A stretch of 64,000 bases of DNA, taken from the NCBI GenBank assembly GCA_964503805.1, contig CAZDBX010000001.1:7456-71455 (forward strand), in the 5' to 3' direction. This document shows positions 40,878 through 50,655 of the stretch, one piece after another. Positions within the stretch are counted from its first letter, which is position 1. The number at the start of each line of letters is the position of its first letter. Both the position numbers and the translations under genes were made by a program. The notes under the pieces are model-generated. The model was given only the letters and a program-made list of their open reading frames with translations, ran no database searches and was not told the origin of the DNA. This DNA comes from an uncultured Lentimicrobium sp. (GTDB taxonomy: Bacteria; Bacteroidota; Bacteroidia; Bacteroidales; Lentimicrobiaceae).

Positions 40878-42002
40878 TCAGAGGTCAATGAGTTTATGCT
40901 TCACCGCATAAATGATCACTTCTATGATGTTTTTCGCATCCGTCTTGGTCATCAGGTTGGCCCTGTGCTTTTCCACCGTCCGGCTGCTTATAAAAAGCTT
41001 GTCAGCAATCTCCTTGGTTGACAACCCCTTACAAACAAGCCCCAGCACTTCCAGCTCACGCTCCGAGAAACTGATCACATCTTCGGCAGCCTTTTCCTTT
41101 ATCAGTTCATTGTCCCTGAAAACGGAAATCAATTTATTGATTAGCTCCGTTGAAACATAGCTTCTCTTCCCGGCGAGCAGGTCGACCGCCCTTTCAAACT
41201 CCTCAATTTCATTGATGGTAATGCCTTCAATATCCTGATCTTCAACGATATCAAATTTGCTTACTATGAGTGTGCCCAAGAGGCTTGTCCTGCCTTTTAC
41301 CTTAAGGCCTTCTATCCCGTATAACTCCGTATTGATTTCATGCCCATCCTTATGCACAACCCTGAAACGGATATGGATATCTTTTTCGAACCCCCTGAGG
41401 CAACGGTTAATTTTTTCAATGGCTGAGGGCTGGTCCTGACGGACGATGATATCTTCGAAACCCATATTCAGCAGTTCTTCACGGCTATAGCCAAGGGTAG
41501 CGGAAAGACTGGGATTGGTTTCGATGAAACGGTTGCCCTGATAGATATAGATTCCGTAAGGCGAGATCATCGACAGGGCAATGAACTTCTCTTCATTGGC
41601 TTTCCGGTGGGCCTCAGCCTTGTGCAGACGGGTGGCGATTGAAGTCAGCAACTCATCGTACTCAAAAGGCTTGACGATATAATCATCAGCCCCCAATTGC
41701 ATCCCGAACCTGATGTCCTTGATCTCGGACTTTGCAGTCAGGAATACAAAGGGGATCATCGCGGTGGCAGAACTTTCCTTCAGCACGTTGAATACGTCGT
41801 ACCCGCTGATTTCATTCATCGAAATGTCGCAGAGAATCAGATCCGGCAGTATTTCGAAAGCCTTCTGAATGCCCATAGCGCCGTCACCCGCATGGGTAAC
41901 ATCATAACCCTTTACCCTTAGCAGATTGGATATGGTAATTGCCAGTGCTTTATCATCTTCAACCAGCAGTATCTTGATATTCTGACTTTCACTCATTGCC
42001 AT
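40878..42002 (-). CDS. Response regulator (REC-PAS-LuxR HTH)
   Basis: ILLVEDD...ILCDISM...FLTAK...DYIVKPF receiver, central PAS (NPSLSATLGYSREEL), C-terminal FSERELEVL...GLSTKEIADKLFISSRTVEKHR. Confidence 0.88.
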   Translation of the reverse strand: MAMSESQNIKILLVEDDKALAITISNLLRVKGYDVTHAGDGAMGIQKAFEILPDLILCDISMNEISGYDVFNVLKESSATAMIPFVFLTAKSEIKDIRFGMQLGADDYIVKPFEYDELLTSIATRLHKAEAHRKANEEKFIALSMISPYGIYIYQGNRFIETNPSLSATLGYSREELLNMGFEDIIVRQDQPSAIEKINRCLRGFEKDIHIRFRVVHKDGHEINTELYGIEGLKVKGRTSLLGTLIVSKFDIVEDQDIEGITINEIEEFERAVDLLAGKRSYVSTELINKLISVFRDNELIKEKAAEDVISFSERELEVLGLVCKGLSTKEIADKLFISSRTVEKHRANLMTKTDAKNIIEVIIYAVKHKLIDL

Positions 42003-42027
42003 AACTCCTGAATTTGATTTAACGCGA

Positions 42028-43575
42028 CTATTCTGTATTTCCGACAGGTATAACTACCGTAAATATACTACCCTTTACCGGATCACTTTCAACAAATATT
42101 TCACCGTTGTGCAGCTGAAGACAAGCTTTCACTACGGCCAGACCCAGGCCTGAACCTTTGGCATGCCGCGAGTTGCTGGCGCGATAAAACGGATCGAAGA
42201 TAAACTGCATATCCTGCGGCGGGATACCTATTCCTTTGTCAGCTACCCTAAAGTTGATAAATCCCTTTTCGCCGGGGTAAACGGAAAAACTGACATTTTG
42301 TTTCTTATCGGAATAATTCAGTGCATTCTGAAGAAGATTGATAAAAATATGCCGGAACAGGTTTTCATCAATAGAAGCCGTGTCAATCCCTTCGGCAATT
42401 GCCAGATCAATACGGTTGGGAACCAGCTCCATTTCATTCATCTCATCAACCACAGCCTGGCAGAGTTCATGAACTTTACAGAGTGAAGGCTTGAAATCGA
42501 GTTTACCCTTACCTGAAGCGTCAATTATGGTCACTTTGTCGAGCACCCTAAGCAGCGATTTTACCGCCATCCGGCTCAGCTCAAAAGCATCATGAATGGT
42601 TTCTTCATCAAGTTCAAACCGGTACTTCTCAAGCAACTGCAGATTGCTGTATATAATCGAGAGGGGTGTACGGAATTCATGAGAAACGGTGGAAATATAC
42701 CTTGATTTTACCTGACTGAGTTCAATTTCATGCTGAAGTGATGTACTCATCGCTTCCTGCCTGGTCTTGCGGTCGGTAATATCACGGATCATTCCGTGTA
42801 CCCCCTGAATGTTGTTATCTGCATCAATAAAAGGAGAAGACGACACCTCTGCCCATCTGACCAAATTATCTTTCCTGATAAATTTTACTTCGAAACTTAC
42901 CGGCCTGATCTCAGATTTGCTGATTTTTCCCGCTTCAAACAAGGGCTGATATTCTTCCCATATCCTGTTCACAACTTCGAATGAATCGGGAGAAACAATC
43001 CCTGACAGGGGCCGGCTATGAAGTTCCTCAACCGTATAACCGGTCAGCTCACGGATTGAAGGGCTTAAAAAGGAAACCTTGCCCGAAGTACTGACAACAC
43101 AAAAGACATCAGACATGTTGTCCGCCACCAGATCAAACAATACATTACTGCCGGAAAGCTTTAACCGGGATTCAGAAATCCCTGAAATATCCCTGATTGT
43201 GACCAGCAAACCGGATTCACCGCCAGGATTCAGCGGAAATCTGCTGACAAGAAAAAGGCTGGTATTTCCCTGACCGGCGACCACTTCCACAGCCTCCTCC
43301 AACCTTCCCTGACGAACTGCGTCAAGATTCCTCTTGTAAAAATCCTCATTTATCAGATGATCCATCGCGGCCTGCCAGGGTGCCGGCAATTGTCTGAGGC
43401 AATCTGCAAGCCCGCCTTCAAGCGCTGCTCCGTTAAAATAAAGGCCAACAGGTGATCCGTCTTTACCGGTATAACAGGTCAACAATCCTGAATCCTGAAT
43501 TTCTGATATCAATGCTTGTTGGTTTTCAGGCGTAAACTTTGGCCGCAGGGTTTCGGGATCAGGAAGTGTTTTCAT
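42028..43575 (-). CDS. Cytoplasmic PAS-domain sensor histidine kinase
   Basis: PAS/PAC (SPSIRELTGY, RWAEV, RDITDRK), H-box VSHEFRTPL, NLLQNALNYS, DKGIGI, GSGLGL; no TM helix. Confidence 0.9.
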   Translation of the reverse strand: MKTLPDPETLRPKFTPENQQALISEIQDSGLLTCYTGKDGSPVGLYFNGAALEGGLADCLRQLPAPWQAAMDHLINEDFYKRNLDAVRQGRLEEAVEVVAGQGNTSLFLVSRFPLNPGGESGLLVTIRDISGISESRLKLSGSNVLFDLVADNMSDVFCVVSTSGKVSFLSPSIRELTGYTVEELHSRPLSGIVSPDSFEVVNRIWEEYQPLFEAGKISKSEIRPVSFEVKFIRKDNLVRWAEVSSSPFIDADNNIQGVHGMIRDITDRKTRQEAMSTSLQHEIELSQVKSRYISTVSHEFRTPLSIIYSNLQLLEKYRFELDEETIHDAFELSRMAVKSLLRVLDKVTIIDASGKGKLDFKPSLCKVHELCQAVVDEMNEMELVPNRIDLAIAEGIDTASIDENLFRHIFINLLQNALNYSDKKQNVSFSVYPGEKGFINFRVADKGIGIPPQDMQFIFDPFYRASNSRHAKGSGLGLAVVKACLQLHNGEIFVESDPVKGSIFTVVIPVGNTE

Positions 43576-44047
43576 TCAATGACATTAATGGTTTCTGAAG
43601 GTTTTTCAGACAGATCAACAAAATTAATTATTTATCGGCTCTGTTATCAGGATATTCACAGATTCTCCCCGACAAACACAGGCAAAAGCACCTGCAGTTG
43701 AGCGATTATAAAAACAATGCAACTTTAATTGCTGCATTCTTTGCAAACGGATTAACTGAAAGCCGTACGGACGGCATGTTGAACTCCGCATGAATTAACT
43801 GAATTTCAGCGAGAATACAAATCATTAACCGGCAATATATTAATAGGAAAAAATATAAATTGTAACCGGCTAATAACCTGTCAAATGAGGAACAAAAAAC
43901 AGCCGCAGAAATCTTCCGGCTACATGAAAGGACCTGACGGCCGCATTAAAACTATCATTATCTTTATAATACCGGAGTAACCGGTCGTCAAAAAGAATCC
44001 TTTTCCGGCCCGCCGGGTAAAATCATTGTGAAAAAAAATTGTGAAAA

Positions 44048-44076
44048 GTTGTAACATTTCTGACGTTAAATTGTCA
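44048..44076 (+). promoter_or_regulatory. Putative ECF sigma promoter (autoregulatory)
   Basis: GTTGTAACATTTC-N12-GTCA upstream of the ECF gene; the same 13-mer occurs at 45822. Confidence 0.65.
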
Positions 44077-44108
44077 TACACTCAACCGACTGAACTAAAT
44101 CAGGGCAG

Positions 44109-44594
44109 ATGACAACAGCGGAGTACAACAGGTGCGTAGATGCACATGCCGACGGCGTTTACAGGTTTATCCTCAAAAACATAGGGGATGAAGAGCGCGC
44201 ACGCGACATTGTACAGGAGTCATTTTCAAGAATGTGGGAGAAGTCAGGGGAAGTTTCATTTGAGAAAGCGAAATCATACCTTTTCACAACCGCCTATCAC
44301 ACCATGATTGATGACATCAGGAGGGAAAAGCGCAACAGCAGGCTGGATGAAGCCCGGTTTGACACATTGACGGTGAATCACGGGTTCAGCGACCTTCAGG
44401 AAGTGCTGAATGCCGCCCTGAACACCCTGCCGGAAATTCAGCGGGTTGTCATCACCCTGAGAGACTATGAAGGTTATCCTTATGATGAGATCGGAGAGAT
44501 AACCGGGTTAAGCGAATCGCAGGTTAAAGTCTACATATACCGTGGGAGGGTTGCCCTTAAAAATTACATCGGCAGTCTCGACCGCGTCATCTGA
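44109..44594 (+). CDS. ECF RNA polymerase sigma-70 factor
   Basis: Region 2 ARDIVQESFSRMW...KSYLFTTAYHTMID; region 4 LPEIQRVVITLRDYEGYPYDEIGEITGLSESQVKVYIYRGR. Confidence 0.92.
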   Translation: MTTAEYNRCVDAHADGVYRFILKNIGDEERARDIVQESFSRMWEKSGEVSFEKAKSYLFTTAYHTMIDDIRREKRNSRLDEARFDTLTVNHGFSDLQEVLNAALNTLPEIQRVVITLRDYEGYPYDEIGEITGLSESQVKVYIYRGRVALKNYIGSLDRVI

Positions 44595-44610
44595 AGCACC
44601 GCATTAAGTT

Positions 44611-45720
44611 ATGGAAAGCAAAAAGATCAACAGGCAAAACTATGAGGAATATATTCCTGCTTACCTCGACGGAACCGCCGGTCCGGTTGAGGCTGCCGAA
44701 CTGTTGCTGTTCCTTGAGCAGAATCCGGATATCAAAGAAGAAGTTGAAGGGATCAATGAAATTGTGCTGGGCAATGAGCCTCAAACCGGATATCCGTTCA
44801 AGGAGGCGCTGAAAGCAGACTTCGATCAGGATGCAGCACTTATCACTGAAGAGAACTACAATTACTATTTTATCGCGTTTCATGAAAACGACCTGTCAGA
44901 AACAGGCAAACGCAATGTTGAAACCTTCCTCAACGATCACCCAACGCTCAGGGCCGGCTTTGATCTTTTTGCCAGATGCAGGGTAACTGCCGACCAGGGA
45001 ATTAAGTTTCCCGGTCGCGAAGAAATCAAAAAACCTGTCCCTTTAATCAGTATGGGCTTTATGCATTATGCTGTTCTGGCCGCTTCCGTACTGATCCTGA
45101 TCTCAGTTTATCTAAGGATACAGCCTGAAGGAAAAGATGCCATCAGGGAAACCCTTGGCGGCTACGAAACCCCTGTTATTATTGAGCAACCGGCTGTCAC
45201 TGGCATGCCTTCTGCTCATGATGATGAAACAGTTACTGCACCGGTAGAACAGGCAAATAAAAAGGTTCCGGAAATAAAGACTGCAAGCCCGGCTGCACCC
45301 GAAATACAAAGGCACCCCCCGCTTGAAAGGGTTCCCATGCGCGAAGGTAACTTAAATGTAAGTGAGCCGTTTGTCGGCAATGCCAGGGATTTATATTCCG
45401 GCCTGTATGAAGATATCCGCCTTTCTCAGGAGATATTGTTCGCGTATTACGAAGAAACAAACAGCGAGCCTGATGACAAAAAAGGGTTTTCAGCAGGGAG
45501 GCATTTACCCGGCCTGATCCGCGGCGGTGCGCAGGTTATCAATCAGGTTCCTGAATCGCTGAACGCCTGGATGCTGGCAGACCTGGGCATCAGCGGCTTC
45601 AATATGATCACCGATAACGAACTGAAACTCGAGAGGCAGATCAATCCTTCAGGCAAAACGGAAAACGTAAGGCTGCTTAACGGCGAAACCGCCTATTCGC
45701 TCCGCAGGAATCCGAACTAA
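44611..45720 (+). CDS. Probable anti-sigma factor
   Basis: Duplicated N-terminal helical motif (INRQNYEEYIPAYLDG; ITEENYNYYFIAFHENDL), one TM helix (YAVLAASVLILISVYL), periplasmic tail; directly after the ECF gene. Confidence 0.65.
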   Translation: MESKKINRQNYEEYIPAYLDGTAGPVEAAELLLFLEQNPDIKEEVEGINEIVLGNEPQTGYPFKEALKADFDQDAALITEENYNYYFIAFHENDLSETGKRNVETFLNDHPTLRAGFDLFARCRVTADQGIKFPGREEIKKPVPLISMGFMHYAVLAASVLILISVYLRIQPEGKDAIRETLGGYETPVIIEQPAVTGMPSAHDDETVTAPVEQANKKVPEIKTASPAAPEIQRHPPLERVPMREGNLNVSEPFVGNARDLYSGLYEDIRLSQEILFAYYEETNSEPDDKKGFSAGRHLPGLIRGGAQVINQVPESLNAWMLADLGISGFNMITDNELKLERQINPSGKTENVRLLNGETAYSLRRNPN

Positions 45721-45821
45721 CCGGTATTCAGTATTTTTTTCAATCTCCGGTAATTTTTTCTGACATCAATTAATTGCAGGATATTATTGCAGATCAGGAA
45801 TATGATGAAAAATAACTATCC

Positions 45822-45851
45822 GTTGTAACATTTCACCAACACAACCCGTCA
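45822..45851 (+). promoter_or_regulatory. Putative ECF sigma promoter for the DUF2807/beta-barrel gene
   Basis: GTTGTAACATTTC-N13-GTCA, 32 nt upstream of ATG 45884. Confidence 0.65.
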
Positions 45852-45883
45852 CAAAGAAAAACACAATCCAGAAATAATCTACC

Positions 45884-47428
45884 ATGAAAAAGCTCACTAC
45901 ACTCAGCACAAAAGTCTTCGCGGCCGTTATGCTCGCTATGGCTACAGTTACGGCGGTTGCCCAGACAAACGGAAGCGGAAAACTGGTAAAACAGGACCGT
46001 GATCTTCCGGGATTTACCGAGATCGAAGCCGGAAGCGCCTTTTCTGTCAAATTATCCCAGGGCGATGTTATCAAAGTTACCGTGGAGACCGACGACAACT
46101 ATCTGGACAAGATTGAAACGGTGGTTAAAGGCGACCGCCTTTACATCAACTCCATGGGGATGAAAAATCCTTCCGCAATGAGGGTTTATATCTCGATGCC
46201 GGATCTGAAACTACTGGACATCAGTGGTGCTGCAAGAATTGAATCTGACGGGGAAATAACCGGCGCCACCCTTGATGTTATTGCATCGGGCGCCTCAAAA
46301 GTCAAACTTGACCTGAACGTTGAGCTGCTGAATTCAAAGATCAGCGGGGCTTCCAAGGTAGACCTCAATGGCAATGCCTCTGTGCACCGCAGTGAGATCT
46401 CAGGTGCATCAAACCTGAATGCCCTGAACCTTAAAACCCTTACAACCAATGCCCTGGTAAGCGGCGCCGGCAAAGCCAGCATCTTTGCCAGGGATGAAAT
46501 TACAGCCGACCTGAGCGGAGCAGGATCACTTTCCTATTTTGATAACGGTCAGCTTAATAAAATAAGTAAATCCGGAACACTTACCATTACCCCGCAAAAC
46601 CCCGGCTCCGGGCCGTCTGAAGAAATCAGCGCCAGTGTTGAGGCAACCGATGCCGGTGATTCTACCATTGTAAAAATCGGCGACATTGAAGTATCCGTCC
46701 GGGAGGGAAATCCCACAAAAATAACCATCGGCGGATCAGAACTTGAGGTGGACGACAATGGCAATGTAAATTTTAAACGCAAAAAGCAAACCCGCTACGA
46801 CGGCCACTGGGGTGGATTTGAACTGGGCGTTAACGGATATGTAAATAAGGACAGGCAGTTTGATATGCCTGAAGGATATGACTTTCTGGACCTGAGAATG
46901 GAAAAGTCAGTAAATGTAAAACTCAATTTCTATGAGCAGAACTTCAACCTGATTTCAAACAAGTTCGGGCTAACCACCGGTCTGGGCTTTGAATGGAACA
47001 ACTACCGTTTCGATAATAACGTAGTACTTAAAAAAGAAGGGAACGATCTGATTGATGACTTTGACTCAAATCCCCGTGATTATACCAAGAGCAAGCTGGT
47101 GGTCAACTACCTGAACCTTCCTTTACTCCTTGAATATCAGACTAACAGATTTTCAAAGAAAAACTCTTTCCACATCGGCGCCGGCCTTCAAACGGGACTG
47201 AGAATAGGCTCCCACACCAAGCTGGTCTACCAGGATGACGGCAGGAAGAAAAAAGACAAGGATCCGGGCGACTACCACATCAATCCCTTCAAGTATGACC
47301 TGATGGTCAGGGTTGGCTGGGGCAAACTGAATCTCCACGCAAACTATTCTTTGAACACCCTTTTCAAAAATAACCGCGGTCCGGAACTCTACCCGTTTAC
47401 CATAGGAATTGCCCTTGTAAGCTGGTAA
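45884..47428 (+). CDS. DUF2807 (GIN) beta-helix domain fused to an outer-membrane beta-barrel
   Basis: Signal peptide; GSGKLVKQDR...FTEIEAG followed by repeated SGA(S/A/G) turns; C-terminal HWGGFELGVNG...GLGFEWNNYRF...YLNLPLLLEY...YPFTIGIALVSW barrel. Confidence 0.75.
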   Translation: MKKLTTLSTKVFAAVMLAMATVTAVAQTNGSGKLVKQDRDLPGFTEIEAGSAFSVKLSQGDVIKVTVETDDNYLDKIETVVKGDRLYINSMGMKNPSAMRVYISMPDLKLLDISGAARIESDGEITGATLDVIASGASKVKLDLNVELLNSKISGASKVDLNGNASVHRSEISGASNLNALNLKTLTTNALVSGAGKASIFARDEITADLSGAGSLSYFDNGQLNKISKSGTLTITPQNPGSGPSEEISASVEATDAGDSTIVKIGDIEVSVREGNPTKITIGGSELEVDDNGNVNFKRKKQTRYDGHWGGFELGVNGYVNKDRQFDMPEGYDFLDLRMEKSVNVKLNFYEQNFNLISNKFGLTTGLGFEWNNYRFDNNVVLKKEGNDLIDDFDSNPRDYTKSKLVVNYLNLPLLLEYQTNRFSKKNSFHIGAGLQTGLRIGSHTKLVYQDDGRKKKDKDPGDYHINPFKYDLMVRVGWGKLNLHANYSLNTLFKNNRGPELYPFTIGIALVSW

Positions 47429-47449
47429 AAACCGGAAGTGGTCTGCCCG

Positions 47450-47480
47450 ATGCTGCCCCCTGAAAGGAGGCAGCATTTTT
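47450..47480 (+). terminator. Intrinsic terminator
   Basis: ATGCTGCC...GGCAGCAT stem plus T-run. Confidence 0.8.
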
Positions 47481-47577
47481 CGTTTCAGTAAAAAATATTA
47501 TTTTTACAGACGCAAAAACAACTTCACCAGAAGGCTCGCGCAGACAGTGATTTCAATTTATTTAAAATTTCAGGTTT

Positions 47578-48321
47578 ATGTCAGGACACAATAAATGGTC
47601 AACCATCAAACGTAAAAAGGGAGCGCTTGATGCAAAGCGGTCAAAGATTTTCTCGAGGATTATTAAAGAAATTACAGTAGCGGTTAAGGAGGGAGGGCCT
47701 GATCCTGACGGTAATCCCCGGTTACGGCTGGCCATTTCGAATGCCAAAGGAGCCAGTATGCCCAAGGAAAATATCACCAGGGCAATTAACAAGGGTTCTG
47801 ACAAGGATGCTGCCAATTATATTGAAATCACCTACGAAGGGTATGCGCCCAACGGCATTGCGATATACCTTGAATGCACCACCGATAATCAGCAGCGCAC
47901 CATCAGCAATATCCGTTCTTATTTCAATAAATTCGGCGGCAGCCTCGGAACCAATGGTTCACTTACATTTCTTTTCGACCGGAAAGGCGTTTTCAACATC
48001 CCCAAAGGCAGTATCAATATGGATGAATTTGAAATGGAAGTCATCGATGCCGGGGCTGAAGACATTCAGGTTGAAGACGAAATGATCACGGTAACCACTG
48101 CCATGGAAGATTTCGGGGCAATGATGAAGAAACTGGAAGAGCTGGGCATAGAACCCGAAAACGCGGAACTGCAGCGCCTGCCCAAAAACACGGTGAAGGT
48201 GGATAATGAGGCGGCAAAAAAGGTACTCAGGCTGATCGATCTGTTTGAAGATGACGACGACATCACCAATGTATTCCATAATCTTGAACTGACCGATGAA
48301 CTGATGGAGGAGATGGAGTAA
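47578..48321 (+). CDS. YebC/PmpR family protein
   Basis: MSGHNKWSTIKRKKGALDAKRSKIF, GGPDPDGNPRLR, YEGYAP, TDN, DDDDITNVFHN. Confidence 0.95.
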   Translation: MSGHNKWSTIKRKKGALDAKRSKIFSRIIKEITVAVKEGGPDPDGNPRLRLAISNAKGASMPKENITRAINKGSDKDAANYIEITYEGYAPNGIAIYLECTTDNQQRTISNIRSYFNKFGGSLGTNGSLTFLFDRKGVFNIPKGSINMDEFEMEVIDAGAEDIQVEDEMITVTTAMEDFGAMMKKLEELGIEPENAELQRLPKNTVKVDNEAAKKVLRLIDLFEDDDDITNVFHNLELTDELMEEME

Positions 48322-48338
48322 CCGCTGAATTTTTCTTA

Positions 48339-48382
48339 ACAACACTGAGGGTCGCCCTGAAAAGAGCGACCCTCAGTGTTGT
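48339..48382. terminator. 17-bp perfect inverted repeat between convergent yebC-like and ackA genes
   Basis: ACAACACTGAGGGTCGC / GCGACCCTCAGTGTTGT. Confidence 0.75.
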
Positions 48383-48397
48383 AATGAGCCGGACAAA

Positions 48398-49603
48398 CTA
48401 CTTCAGGCTGCAGACAATCTCATAAGTATCAAGTGCAATTACCAACTCTTCATTGGTAGGAATTACCATCACCTTTACACGCGAATCATCTTTGGTAAGA
48501 ATGGCTTCTTTTCCGCGCAGGCCTTCATTTTTCGCCTGATCGAACTCAAGACCCATAAATTCCATATCCTTTGTAGTAAGATGCCGGGTCATGGAATCGT
48601 TTTCGCCAACGCCGCCGGTGAATACAATGACATCCACCCCACCCATTGCGGCTGCATATGCGCCGATATACTTTCTGATGCGGTAGTAATACATTTCCAG
48701 CGTGACTTTTGCCCGTGCATTGCCTTCGGCGGCAGCATTTTCAACATCGCGCATATCGGAAGACACACCTGAGACACCCAGCATCCCGCTGTGTTTGTTT
48801 ACGAGGGTATTGGCAATGGCGATATCAATTTCTTCCTTGTTCATAATCTGAATAAAGGCTCCGATATCGAGATCACCGGTGCGGGTCCCCATCATCAGGC
48901 CTTCAATCGGGGTCATACCCATGGATGTGTCGAGCGACTTACCGTTTTTGATGGCGGCAATGGATGCGCCGTTACCCAGATGGCAGGTAATGATCCTGAG
49001 ATCTTCCAGTTTTTTCCCGAGTATTTCAGCGGCCCGCTGAGAAACATAGCGATGGCTCGATCCGTGAAAACCGTACCTGCGGATCCTATACTTCTCGTAA
49101 AGCGAATATGGAATGCCATACAGGTAAACATAGTCCGGCATAGTCTGATGGAAAGCAGTATCAAACACACCTACCTGGGGTATTTCGGGCAAGAGTTTGG
49201 TGATGGAATAAATACCCTTGAGGTTGGGAGGATTATGAAGTGGCGCAAGGTCGATACACTCTTCGAGCGCAGCAACCACCTCTGGCGTTATATAAACACT
49301 GCCGTTAAATTTCTCACCGGCATGAACCACACGGTGACCGACAGCCTGAATCTCATCAAGGCTCTTCATGCTGCCGTATTTTTCACTGATCAGGATTCCC
49401 AGAAGATATTCAATGCCTATCTGATGGTCCAGAATTTCCCCTTCCAGCTTAACTTCCGTGCCATCGTTGCGCGAATGTTTGATCAGCGAGCCCTTCAGGC
49501 CAATTTTATCCACCAGCCCTTTAGCCAGTACTTCTTTTGAAGGAAGATCAAAAAGCTGGTATTTTATCGATGAACTGCCACAGTTCAGTACTATTATCTT
49601 CAT
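48398..49603 (-). CDS. ackA: Acetate kinase
   Basis: LNCGSSSIKY, GHRVVH, LAPLHNP, FDTAFH, RYGFHG, CHLGNGAS, FTGGVGEN, IPTNEE. Confidence 0.97.
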   Translation of the reverse strand: MKIIVLNCGSSSIKYQLFDLPSKEVLAKGLVDKIGLKGSLIKHSRNDGTEVKLEGEILDHQIGIEYLLGILISEKYGSMKSLDEIQAVGHRVVHAGEKFNGSVYITPEVVAALEECIDLAPLHNPPNLKGIYSITKLLPEIPQVGVFDTAFHQTMPDYVYLYGIPYSLYEKYRIRRYGFHGSSHRYVSQRAAEILGKKLEDLRIITCHLGNGASIAAIKNGKSLDTSMGMTPIEGLMMGTRTGDLDIGAFIQIMNKEEIDIAIANTLVNKHSGMLGVSGVSSDMRDVENAAAEGNARAKVTLEMYYYRIRKYIGAYAAAMGGVDVIVFTGGVGENDSMTRHLTTKDMEFMGLEFDQAKNEGLRGKEAILTKDDSRVKVMVIPTNEELVIALDTYEIVCSLK

Positions 49604-49645
49604 TGCATCATTATTTTAGTCAATTTAAAACTCGGATTTAAAGCT

Positions 49646-50614
49646 CTATCCCCTGCCCAGGTTTGTGATGGAACCTTTCTTAACGAGGCGTTTGTTGCCC
49701 TGATAAAGGTAAAAGCCCTCTCCAACGCGACGGCCTACCAGGTTGGCCCTCACCAGGCGTTTGAGAACCGGGGAAGGTTTATACTTGTGCTCCCCGAACT
49801 CGGCATAAAGATTTTCCATCCATTTGAGCACCTTGTCCAGACCGATTTTGTCGGCCATTTCAAAGGGGCCCAGTTGCAATCCGGAGGTCTCTTTCATGGT
49901 TTCATCAATATCCGAAACAGTAGCCACCCCTTCCATCAGGATTTCGCATGCTTCATTGATCAGCGGAACCAGCATACGCGTGCTGATGTTACCGGCGGAT
50001 TCATTCACACTTATCAGTCGTTTCCCTATCAGAAGCGCCAGCTTGCTGACCACGGCATAAGTTTCATCGGTGGTATAAACCGAACGCACCGCTTCGATGA
50101 TCTTGATTTTCCCGACCGGCGAGAAGAAATGCAATCCCATGGCGCGGCCCGGATTCTTCAGTACTGACGATATTTCCGAAATCATCAGGGTTGCGGTATT
50201 GGAAGCGATCACCGCTTCGGGAGAAACCACTGCCTCTATCTTTCTGAAGATATCCTGGCGAAGATCGAGACTGGTCCCTTTCTTTTTTGAGTTTACCGTT
50301 TCGAAAACGATATCGCAGTCGGCAAGCGTTGAATAATCGGTTGAGCCCTTGATCCGCGAAAGGATAAGTTTTTTCTCACTACCTGTAAGGCCCCATTTAC
50401 TGATCCTGTCATCCAGCTGCTGCTCGATGCGCCTGAAAACTTCCGCGATGCGATCATCCGAAATATCAATAAATGCCACTTCTATTCCCGACTGACTGAT
50501 GAGCACCGAGATCTCCTGACCCATAGTGCCGCACCCGACAACACCAACCTTCTGTATGCTGCCTTTCGGTTGCATTGATTTGCCCAGGCTAAAATCTTCT
50601 AATCTTTCTGACAT
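49646..50614 (-). CDS. 3-hydroxyacyl-CoA dehydrogenase family protein with a degenerate active site
   Basis: GVVGCGTMG Rossmann motif, ASNTATL, GLHFFSP, GPFEMADKIGLD, GEGFY. Start at ATG 50614 (MSERLEDF). Confidence 0.85.
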   Translation of the reverse strand: MSERLEDFSLGKSMQPKGSIQKVGVVGCGTMGQEISVLISQSGIEVAFIDISDDRIAEVFRRIEQQLDDRISKWGLTGSEKKLILSRIKGSTDYSTLADCDIVFETVNSKKKGTSLDLRQDIFRKIEAVVSPEAVIASNTATLMISEISSVLKNPGRAMGLHFFSPVGKIKIIEAVRSVYTTDETYAVVSKLALLIGKRLISVNESAGNISTRMLVPLINEACEILMEGVATVSDIDETMKETSGLQLGPFEMADKIGLDKVLKWMENLYAEFGEHKYKPSPVLKRLVRANLVGRRVGEGFYLYQGNKRLVKKGSITNLGRG

Positions 50615-50655
50615 TTTAATCTGATTTATGATGTTAAATATTAAAGACTTAATGG

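Noticed and set aside
43576-44108. Hidden gene or sRNA in the 530-bp divergent intergenic region
   Set aside because: Only short ORFs without coding features and no convincing structure; compatible with two promoter regions.
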